From the human T2T-CHM13v2.0 reference genome, Homo sapiens, in the NCBI RefSeq assembly GCF_009914755.1, contig NC_060926.1: a stretch of 64,000 nt of DNA; one strand, 5' to 3'. Positions 30,706 through 64,000 of the stretch are shown one piece after another. The position numbers and the translations under genes were made by a program. Each line of letters begins with the position of its first letter. Within the stretch, counting starts at the first letter, position 1. Under the pieces are notes generated by a model, which worked only from the letters and a program-made list of their open reading frames with translations, was not told the DNA's origin and did not search any database.

Positions 30706-30829
30706 ATTGAGTACTGGCTTGAGTTTTCTAAATGCCAATTTCATAATGTCTTTTTTTTTTAATGAGGAAATTTTTAATTAGTCCCAGTTTTATCTTTGGC
30801 CTTCTATCTCCTGCTGAGTTTGATATTTA

Positions 30830-31260
30830 ATTTAATAAACTCTTGAGTGCTTGCTGTGTTCCAGACACTGCGCTATGTGCTGTGGATATCAGTGAACTTA
30901 GTGAGATAAGGACTAAAATACAGGTAGGACAAACAGGTAATGCAGAGTAAGGAATGAGGGAGAGAATGTGATTGTTCTGAACCGGGAGGTCAGAGAAACC
31001 TTCACGAAGTGGCTGATACTTGCACTGAATCTTAAAGAATGGTGGGAATTTTTTAGGTAGAGAACTTGGAAAGGACATGTACTATGTGCAAGAGAGGCAC
31101 AGAGACTTGGAACATCTTTGTGAATTTGGGAATTCCAGTAGTTTGGAATGCCTGGAGCAGAGTGTGAAGGGTGTGTGTCTCAGCTGATGAGGTTTACAGG
31201 TGGGAAGGAGCTAGATCACGAGGATGCTGGATTTTCATCTCCTTGGTGATCACCACGAAA
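30830..31260. mobile_element. L2-like fragment
   Basis: ttgagtgcttgctgtgttccagacactg...ggtcagagaaaccttc...ctgaatcttaaagaatg pattern. Confidence 0.55.
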
Positions 31261-31637
31261 GGGTTTTTAGAATATTTGCTCACTCCGAGGATATTATTTG
31301 AGCTGTGATAGGTGCTGGGCCTATACCAGTGGATGAGACACACATGGACCCCTCCTTGGTAAACCTTACAAACTTGATGTGTGAGGTTGTAGCCAAATTC
31401 TACCCATCTTTTAAGGCCCCACCCTTCTGATAAGGTTTGTTCAATTATCCAGTCTTTATGGGTTTCCCCCTCTGCTACTTTTGGTCAATGGCACACAATT
31501 TATAATCAAACTAACTGCATATTGAATCATTCAATAATGATTGTGTGTCTTCTCTTCTTAGCTACCTAGCTCTTCCTACCCTACCCCATTTTTAGGGAAG
31601 AATAGGACTTAAACCTTGCAGTAAGATCTAGCACAAT

Positions 31638-33920
<2,283 letters not shown>

Positions 33921-34186
33921 TCCTTTTCTTTTAAGGGAGAAATTCTACATTCTCTCTGAAGAAAACTTGTAAACTGATATCGTCTTCATCAGATTTTTGG
34001 TGTTACCTCTTTTTTTTTTTTTTTTTTTAAGGATCTCATTGAAGTACAACTCTATTTTTTCTTTATCTTACCAATTTAATATTTGGTTCTAACCAGTTTC
34101 TTTGATGTGTACATTTTCACGCCATAAAAATATGTTTAACTGTTGCAGATTCATGGTACTTTGTATCAACACCTTATGTTGCCATG

Positions 34187-38628
<4,442 letters not shown>

Positions 38629-38949
38629 CCCCACTATTTTTTTTTTTTTGGCATTGTTAAGACAAACCCGCTGAGAAAGAGCAAGGTTATGAATCATATC
38701 TCCCAGGATTGTGTGGAATAAAGGAGATAGTGTACATAATGTCCTTAGCTCATGTCTGGAGCATATAAGTGCTCAGATAATGCTGGCTGGTAACTATTAG
38801 TGTTACTGTATTCCTCAGGTCTTATGTTTAAAATTATTTAACAACAGAGACTATGTACTATATACTTTATGTATTATAGACTCTATTTTACACATTAATA
38901 TATTTTTCTTCTCATCATAACTTTTAATGTTTTATCTTTTGTCTTGCAG

Positions 38950-39114
38950 TGATGAAACTACAGAATCTGTTTGTAGATGATTCAGGTCGATATTTGGCTA
39001 TTCAATTCCATCTGGAATGTGCATATGTGTTTTTATATTATTATGAGTACAGAAAAGCAAAAGATCAGTTGGATATTGCTAAGGACATCAGCCAATTACA
39101 AATTGATTTGACAG
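38950..39114 (+). CDS. TTC27: TTC27 exon 6 (VMKLQNLF...QIDLT)
   Basis: Acceptor cttttgtcttgcag|TG; donor CAG|gtaaga; 165 nt, phase 1-1. Confidence 0.95.
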
Positions 39115-39407
39115 GTAAGACTTATTTTTTGTGGATAATTGATTTTATTTTTATGATAAAACTATATACATTGGCAGTTTGTATTGTATGTTGGTATTAG
39201 ATTTTCTATATCCTATTTGCTTTACAAAAGTAGACTTTAAAGGTTTTATTTACAAATTTATAGTTTATAACAAATTTGAAATGATATATTTTCCTTATTT
39301 CTAGAGTTTTCCATTTATTGCGCTGATCTGTTTAGCCGTGTTAGTAATAGATAGCAGCCAGGCAGTACACAAACACACTTTTGAGCCTTTGGGGGATGGG
39401 CCCATAG

Positions 39408-40566
<1,159 letters not shown>

Positions 40567-41282
40567 GTAAGCTGTATCAAACAATTTCAGTGGCTATCTT
40601 CAGCATAACATATTTAAAAGGTTAATGTATGACTTAGAGCCAGACTCATAACAGGATAAAATCCAGACTTTCTAGACTGGTCTTTGTAATCAAGGATCTT
40701 TGTAATCTGACCTTGTCCAGAGAGTGGATGTTGGAACTTTTGCTTTTCTTAAAGTGGTTTGAAAACAGCTATTCTGCAGTAAGTTATTTCAGAGACATAA
40801 TGAAAAAATTTTGGTCTTACATGAAGTCAGATAGTGTAATAAACTGTTGATATAGAACCAAAAGATCCTGGCTTTAAGCTCTGGTTCTGATGCTGAGAAG
40901 CCCTGTGATCATGAACAAATGACTGTATTCTTTAGAACTTTTGTGTCTGTCATCTGTGAAAAAGAGATAATAATAGTTCTTCTACCTACAACACTCAATG
41001 TGTTACTTTTTTTTTTTTTTTTTTAAAGGGTGGTAGTTTGATGCAAAAATTAGTATGTGGACTCTAGTGGCAGAAATCCTGGGTTTGAGTCCTGGTACCA
41101 GAGCTTGTTGGCTTTCTAATTTTATAAGTCATTTAAAACCTGAGGCTGGGCCTCAGGACTTTCTTATGTGAAATGGAGAAAATACCTTGTAAACTCTAAA
41201 GCACTCTGAAAATATTACTCTTCATGACTGTACAGTAGATCTCATGGGTAAGTCAGTAGATATAATTTTATTGTTTTTTCAG

Positions 41283-41416
41283 GTGCTTTGGGAAAAAGAA
41301 CACGGTTCCAGGAAAATTATGTGGCACAACTGATTCTAGATGTAAGAAGGGAAGGGGATGTCCTTTCAAATTGTGAATTCACTCCAGCACCCACTCCTCA
41401 GGAACATTTAACCAAG
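41283..41416 (+). CDS. TTC27: TTC27 exon 7 ([10 protein letters not shown]...EHLTK), GC donor
   Basis: Acceptor ttgttttttcag|GT. Only the AAG|gcaagt donor keeps the frame into exon 8. 134 nt. Confidence 0.92.
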
Positions 41417-42019
41417 GCAAGTAGGACATTAAGTTATTAAATTCAATTAACACCTGAGTCTAAGAATTTCAATAGCTGAGTACCATAGAAACACTGAATG
41501 GGTTGGGGACAGACTTCATTTTATTCTTTCTTTTGCCTTTTAAAGGTTGCTGAGTCAGGGAGAACTGGTGTTTAACTGGTGTTTTTTTTTCCTAACCTGT
41601 GATAGAAAAAACTGGTGTTTTTTTTTCCTAACCTGTATATAGAGATAAATACTGTTTTTCTTCTAGGATTCAATAACTATGAATTAATGATGCAGTTAGT
41701 TATGTATTACCCCTCTTGAAGAAATACGAAAGGCAGACTGGGTGTAGACCAGTTTCTCTATCTGCTATCATATTTGTTTCCTTATGTTTGTCTTCTCTTG
41801 GAATCTCTTAGGCTTTTTCTAAATATATAAACATTATCAGAATTCCTTTTCACTAGTTTTGTGATCGGCCTTTTGTTTCTCTGTCATTATTGGGGGGGTG
41901 GTTGCCTTAGTATGTTTATTTGACATGTCTAGTGAATTCTCTTCTTTAGTTTGAATTATGACTCTTGGTCAGTTTACCTAATTATAGTCCACTCCAGCTG
42001 CTTCCATGAAGCCGTTTAG

Positions 42020-44853
<2,834 letters not shown>

Positions 44854-44919
44854 TCTGTCTAGCTTCATTTGGCTCCTAAAGTCCTCTTTTTTTGTTGTTG
44901 TTGAATTAGAAAAAAATTT

Positions 44920-46390
<1,471 letters not shown>

Positions 46391-46948
46391 TTGGCATTTC
46401 CATCATTGATAACAAGCTATTTGTGAGAAATTTCTCAACTGATCACACTATATTGCTGAGACACAGAGTTGGGAAGTTGATGTTTTTGATTAGAATTTAG
46501 AGGCAGAATAGAAAGATCCAGTTTTGAATCCTGATGCTATCACATACTTTGAGTGTGATCTTGGATGAGCTTCAAGTATCTGATTCTTTGTTTTTTCATC
46601 AGTAAATAAGGATAGAAATGCCTATTGTCTATGATTGTTGTGAGGAAGAATTTGAAAAATGTATATAAAATTATCTGCAGAGGGGCTTTTGCATACTTGG
46701 CTCAATCAATGATAGCTGTTATTCCCTATTATTGTCATTGTTAGTGCATTCTTGAGGTATAGATGGCACATCTTTCATTTCTGGAAGGTAAATTGTTTCC
46801 AAATATGTGTTTCACAAGAAATAGCCTATTGACCATATGTCAAACAGGTAAGTTAACTTTATCCTTTCTAGCAATCTATTACATGCCATTCTGGTGAATG
46901 AATAAAATTTAATTTTTGGTCTAAGTATTTTCTTTTGTATTCTACTAG

Positions 46949-47061
46949 AATCTTGAGCTCAATGATGACACCATTCTGAATGACATAAAGTTAGCAGATT
47001 GTGAACAGTTCCAGATGCCGGATCTGTGTGCTGAAGAGATCGCTATTATTCTTGGAATCTG
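46949..47061 (+). CDS. TTC27: TTC27 exon 8 ([10 protein letters not shown]...IILGI)
   Basis: Acceptor ttttgtattctactag|AAT; donor CTG|gtgagt; 113 nt. Confidence 0.94.
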
Positions 47062-47429
47062 GTGAGTTAATGACTGACTTGGCTGCTTTGAACACTTTGC
47101 ATATTGATTCTCTTATGTGTGGAGAATCTTTATTCAAGGAGGTTCCAAGAGTTCTGGATGAATAGGGAATTTTGTAGTGCTTATGAAGATCAGAGGAAAT
47201 ACTTGGAGAACCAATTAAAGGGTTAGATATTACAAATCTCCAATGAGTTGATATATCTATTCTTCTGTTTCCTTTATAAGCACAATTTCTTTGGTTAGCT
47301 TTAGCTAGGAATAGATTATTAATAAAATATTAAAGACAAATGAGAATGACTATTTTGAGATTTGAGGATATTTACATTTCAAAGGATAGGATTATTTTTT
47401 AATACTGTGGAACCTTATCTGTGGTGGAA

Positions 47430-53408
<5,979 letters not shown>

Positions 53409-53536
53409 CCATAATATTTAAATATCTGCTTTCAAATATATAAAATATAGCAGTTTACTTTGCTTTTTAAAAATTATATTTCATTAGCTACAACATGCAT
53501 CTTATAATTAATTTACCTTTTTTTCTTAATTTAAAG

Positions 53537-53603
53537 CACTAATTTTCAAAAGAATAACCCAGTGCACACATTAACTGAAGTGGAGCTTCTGGCATTTACA
53601 TCA
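53537..53603 (+). CDS. TTC27: TTC27 exon 9 (CTNFQKNNP...LLAFTS)
   Basis: Acceptor ttttcttaatttaaag|C (AAG type); donor TCA|gtgagt; 67 nt; restores phase 0. Confidence 0.9.
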
Positions 53604-54391
53604 GTGAGTAATGTCTTTTTCTCTTCCATTTCATTTTTTTCCTGGTAAATTACTTCCTCTGGTATGGTCTTGCCTTGGATTGTTTATGTTGAAACACTGC
53701 CACCTAAGGAAATAAGGTGGAGAAAAATCTTACCACTGTAGTTTCTAAGTCACATGTATCTTGCTGCTGATTTAAGAGTCTGCAACTCTTAAATTGAGTG
53801 CTATGCCTACATGGTCATGGTGAAAAAGAAAGCTAGGAGCAGGACCAGGAGACCATGGGTTAAAAAGATGTCAAGAGCATGGTGTGCTCATCAGTGTTCA
53901 ACAGTCTAGAGCAGTCCGGAGATAAATGTGGACAGAGAAGAGACCACTGGATTGGACAATTAGGAGTGCATTGGTTACTTCTAGGACAGTTTCAGTGGAC
54001 TCTCTGGACAGTTCCCTCATTACAGAGAATTCAGAGGGAATATGGTGTAAGGAAATAAAGTTAATAGATAAAGATCACAGTTGGAGAAGAATAGCAGTGA
54101 AAAGGAAAGCTGGAGTAATAGATATTTGAGGATTTTAGATCAAGAAGGGCTTTTAAGAAGAGAAAAGTCACAGACGAAGGGGTCAGTCAGTATATTTTGG
54201 CTTTATGGATAAAGGAAGATACATATGTTCTTTAATGAATACAAGTTGCTTAAGATATATCATTTTTTCAAAGGCATTTTCATTATCTTAGTTGGGAATC
54301 CATTTAGAATTCTGTTGTTTTCTTCCTTTGTTATTTTTCAGATAAGGCAAAATAAAATACTTTTACTGGCTAGAAAGAAAAGCTAGATTGT

Positions 54392-54702
54392 GGTTGGGCG
54401 AGGTGGCTCATGCCTGTAATCCCAGCACTTTGAGAGGCCGAGGCAGGTGGATCACTTGAGATCAGGGGTTCGGACCAGCCTGGCCGACATGATGAAACCC
54501 TGTCTCTACCAAAAATACAAAAATTACCTGGGCTTGGTGGTACATGTCTGTAACCCCAGCTACTCTGGAAGCTGAGAAGGAGAACCACCTCAACCCGGAA
54601 GGCGGAGGTTGCAGTGAGCCACACTGCACTTCAGCCTGGGTGACAGAGAGCAAGACTCCGCCTCAAACACAAAACAAAACAAAACACAACAAAACAAAAA
54701 AA
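54392..54702 (+). mobile_element. Alu
   Basis: Sense dimer with (CAAAA)n tail. Confidence 0.9.
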
Positions 54703-56175
54703 GCTAGCTTATTTTGTACTGTAATATAAATTTTTCACGTTACTATTTCCTACATACCCTGTTTGAACTGGTTAGGTGTTAAGTCGTTTGAGTCCTCTGG
54801 TTGTGTGTTTTATTTTCCCACTTCAGTATTCTCAGAAATCTTTGGTGTGTATCATCATATTATGTGTGTTTTAGGTAACTGTGGAAATGTTCCTCATTAT
54901 TTATTATATGTGCTATAAAGGAATTGACGAAGTGTTAACAAATTTTAAAGGGCATATAAAAAACATATTATGTACTTTTCATTTATTCATTCAGCTAATA
55001 TATATCTACTAAATAATATATACGGGTATTGTACTAGTCATTGGGGATTTGGCAGTAAATAAAGCCTTTTTTGTTCTGGAGTTTATGTCAAATACAGAGT
55101 AGACAAAGAGAGAACCAGCTATTTCACAGAAGTGCTGAGGAGAAATATAAAGCAGGTTAAGAGACTAAGAATGGGATGGGCGCAGCTGTTTTAGACAAGG
55201 TGGTCAGGGAAGGTCTCAGTGGGAGGGTGACACTGAACATAGATCTGTGTGAAATGAGGGATGGGGGAAGGCTAGGGAAGGTCTGGAATGGCTGTGAGCT
55301 TGAGTCAGGGTAGGGACTGGATGGGGACAAGTGTCTAGGTGATGAATGGTGACCTGGATGCTTGGCTTTCTCTGATGATGGAAGTAAACAGCGATGTGGC
55401 ATATGACAGGAAATGTTTCTGCTGGCCAGTAGTAACAGTTTCTTGGGATTGGTCCATAAGCAGTTTATTGCAGCATATATATTACCACAGTTATCCTGAA
55501 GACACTAGCACACTCTTTTTACATTCAAACAGTTAATTTTTTAGCATTTCTTGTGTGTGTGGCGGGGGTTCCCTTTCTTTAAAACTTTTCCTTTCTTTAA
55601 CCTATTCTCCTTCCCTTGCACTGTGAGGTACCTGTGAAGTAATTAGTAACTTCTGATGGTGGGTAACTCATCATTCCTAGCTTGCAGTGAAGGTCATAAA
55701 TTCAGGTTTTGTGCTTCTCCGCTCAGGCCTTTATGCTGTGTGATTTTTCTGCTTTCCTCCCACCCTCTTACAATCAGAACCATCCTGAAGACCGACCTCT
55801 TTTTGGAGGAAAGCTGTTTGATTACAATGACTCACAGTGCTTGGCCTAACTCTTCTAAAGAGATGAGTTAATCCCGAGTAAATCTTTAATTGGAGAAGTA
55901 GGGCAAGAAACTTCTATGTGAGGAGGACTTTTAAGAGCCCCACACATACTTTGGGCTTTGCACTGTCTCCCCGACATTTTTTTAATCTCAAATGAAACAT
56001 ACAAAATAAACCAGAAAAACTTGTCAGCCCTTGTCAGCTCTTCATCTATCAGTTCTTCCTCCTGTCCCTTCTTTGTGCATGATACCGAAGTGGATAAGAT
56101 GATGAATTAAAAGTGGTCCCTGGTTTCAATGAAGAAAGAAACTTTATTTAAATCCTATGTAACTCCAAAAGAGTA

Positions 56176-56528
56176 CAAACAGCCCCCAACTTATGAAAGT
56201 TTGGCGATTTTTTGAATTTGCAATGGTGTGCAAATGATATTCAAGTAGAAACCATACTTTGAATACCTATACGACCATTCTGTTTTTCACTTTCTGTACA
56301 GTATTCAGTAAATTATATGAGATATTCAGCTTTTTTTTTTTTTTTTTATAAAATAGGCTCAGTGTTAGATGATGTTTCCCAACTGTAGGCTAACGTATTT
56401 AAGGCAGGCTAAGTTAAGCTATGATGTTTGGTAGGACAGGTGTTATTAAATGCATTTTGACTTAGGACATTTACAACTCATGATGGATTTATCAGGATGT
56501 AACTCCATCATATGTTGAGGAGCATTTG
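56176..56528. mobile_element. Tigger-family (MER47-like) non-autonomous Tc1/mariner element
   Basis: TA dinucleotides at 56174-56175 and 56529-56530; imperfect TIRs caaacagcccccaacttatga / rc caaatgctcctcaacatatga. Confidence 0.8.
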
Positions 56529-56643
56529 TATCTGAGACAAGAGGGACTACTTCTAGGTGCTACCCCACTTCTTCTGAGCTCTTGAACTTTTATTTGTGCC
56601 TCTCTTTTTGCAAGGTTCATATTTTGGCTTATATTATAATTAT

Positions 56644-56654
56644 TTATATATATG

Positions 56655-56697
<43 letters not shown>
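56644..56697. repeat. (TA)n(TG)n microsatellite
   Basis: About 17 TG units preceded by TA-rich repeats. Confidence 0.95.
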
Positions 56698-56701
<4 letters not shown>

Positions 56702-57287
56702 CTTTTCCTTACAAGACTATAAACTCAGTTTTAGAGACTGGGCTCTGTTCTTTTCTAGGCTCTCTACAAGGGTTGTGACAGTGCTTCAATGCTTTACTCA
56801 TAGTTGTTGTGAATAAATGCATGCAGAATAAGAAAATGAATGAAATATATATCCTACACCCTGGAATAGGGTTGATGTCTATTCAAGAGCTGTGTCACTT
56901 ACTTGGTTCCATAATTTAGGTAGTACTGCATGATACTAGGAATAACCATCTGTTTCATCTTTCTCTTCCGTAAAATGGGGGAAAGAGAAAATGCCCCTAT
57001 CCCAACACAGAAGACTTTACTTGAGGATCATATTGCAGAACATCTATGAAAGTACTCCAGAGTAGGTGGAGGCTGGTACACTCATAGCATTCAGTGATGC
57101 TAGTTTGTAGTAAAGCATTCTTATTTTCAAGCAGGCTAAATGGATAAGATCTGCTTGGAATTGGCCATAGATGTGGAAGAGAAGGGAACAGAGAGGAAAG
57201 AAACAGCATGGGTTTTTCTTGCTGCGCATCCATTTCCCTGCTCTAGCAGCAGCTTGGTGGCCTGGGACTAGGGTTGTGAACTATTGA

Positions 57288-57971
<684 letters not shown>

Positions 57972-58556
57972 AATAGAAGTCTTAATACTCCTACCAGAAG
58001 TCTGTAAGCACTTGGAGAGACAGGGACAGTGGTTATTTGGTGTTTGGTAAATATTTATTGAATAAATAAATGAATGGCTCTTGGTCCTGAATTTTGTTCC
58101 GTTTTGATTAACTGTCCCAAAGTTTACTAGAATGATGGTGAAATCTCTTTTTTGGAGAAATTTTTGCCAGTGTTTTCATTTTGGTGCAGCAGGTTGAAAT
58201 ATATATGAAATATGCTGGGAAAATGTTTTAATTTAGCAAAGTCAGAAACTTGTCCTAAGAGGAATAGCTTTACTTGTTTAAGGTTGCTGTTATGTGATGC
58301 TATTTCTGAGATATTATATCTGCATGTTGCAGGAAAGCTGAGTCAGAGTAAAAATAACCCATATTGTTTTAGAGAGCCATTTATGTTGTATCAGCTTGAT
58401 AACTTAAAATTAGCTGTGTTATCTACATTATTTCCCTTCAGATGAGCCACGTCATGACATTTAGTAATGTTTTTAATTTCCTTTTATTGTTGAAAATGGG
58501 AACAGTTTAGTTAATTCATACAGGTTTTTCAGTTTTCCTTGGCAAAAGTTTGTTTA

Positions 58557-59139
<583 letters not shown>

Positions 59140-59698
59140 GTTTGTTTAAGTGAGTGTGAATTGATACTGGCAGCTTGCCTTTTGACTCTGCCTGAAGCCC
59201 CTAGGTCTCTGTAAATGAAAGAAGGAAAAAGATCTTTGGAAGTTACACATTATATTTTATGTATTTTCTTTTTCTGCTATTGACTTTAAAGCTATTTAAT
59301 AAATACTTATCTATGATCATAACATAGTTTGCTAATCCGTTTTATAGATGAAAATGATTACCCATTTTTCTTCTAGGGAATTACTCATTTCTTAATTGTA
59401 ATTTATTAAGATAGGCAATATAACTATTAGTGCTTGTACTTTTGATAGTTTTATTACTAGAGTTAATTACTTCAGAATTACCTCACAGTATAGAGGAACA
59501 AGCACAGTGAGACTTAAGCAAAATAAAACGAACAAAACTGTACTTACACATGTCATAGTCAGCCTGGTGAAAAGAAAACATAAACAGAATGTCTTGACAG
59601 CAACCAAAAAAAAAAAAAAGACATTAAATAAGAGGAAACAACAACTGCAAATACCTTCACCTTCTCGTTGAAACTAATTGCTCTGCTTTGCCTTTTCC

Positions 59699-60012
59699 TT
59701 TTTTTTTTTTTTTTTTTTTTAATTTTATTATTAGATGGAGTCTTGCTCTGTCCCCCAGGGTGGAGTGCAATGGCGCAATCTTGGCTCGCTGCAACCCCTG
59801 CCTCCCGGTTCAAGTGATTCTCCTGCCTCAGCCTCCTGAGTAGCTGGGATTACAGGCACGCACCACCATGCCCAGCTAATTTTTGTGTTTTTAGTACAGA
59901 TGGGGTTTCACCATGTTGGCCAGGCTGTTCTTGAACTCCTGACCTCAGGTGATCTGCACTTCTTGGCCTCCCGAAGTGCTGGGATTGCAGGCATGAGCCA
60001 CTGCGCCCAGCC
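59699..60012 (-). mobile_element. Alu
   Basis: Antisense dimer. Confidence 0.92.
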
Positions 60013-60149
60013 TGCCTGTTCGTTAAGTTATCTTGCAAATTAGAAATGACCTGGGGACTGACCGCTTTTTTTTTGTCTTCTACAGTTAACCATGTCTTGA
60101 GGTTAATGCTTATTAGAATTTCCCTTCTGGCCCACTGTTACTGGACTTT

Positions 60150-63990
<3,841 letters not shown>

Positions 63991-64000
63991 TCTGTCATAT

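Overview
Primate (most likely human) genomic DNA. It holds about 2.7 kb of upstream sequence, a CpG-rich promoter and the first nine coding exons of TTC27 on the + strand. The exons give 1119 nt = 373 codons that splice in frame, and the window ends inside intron 9. Intron 7 needs a non-canonical GC donor. Intron 3 contains the MIR4765 hairpin. The rest is very repeat-rich: roughly 70 Alu copies or fragments by eye (mostly antisense), a rearranged L1PA element in intron 5, a small 5'-inverted young L1, old L1M/L2/MIR fragments, MER/Tigger DNA-transposon relics and microsatellites. Nearly all ORFs in the supplied track are Alu or L1 artefacts. I see no demonstrably new biological system. The best leads are: (i) an Alu target-site duplication that copied a perfect 5' splice site and built a recursive-splice/poison-exon-like unit just upstream of MIR4765; (ii) an L1 carrying a 258-bp inverted copy of its own 3' end plus an ORF1/endonuclease deletion, with its 5'UTR left next to exon 6; (iii) insertion sites reused repeatedly by successive retrotransposons. 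Repeat subfamily names and boundaries are by eye and approximate.
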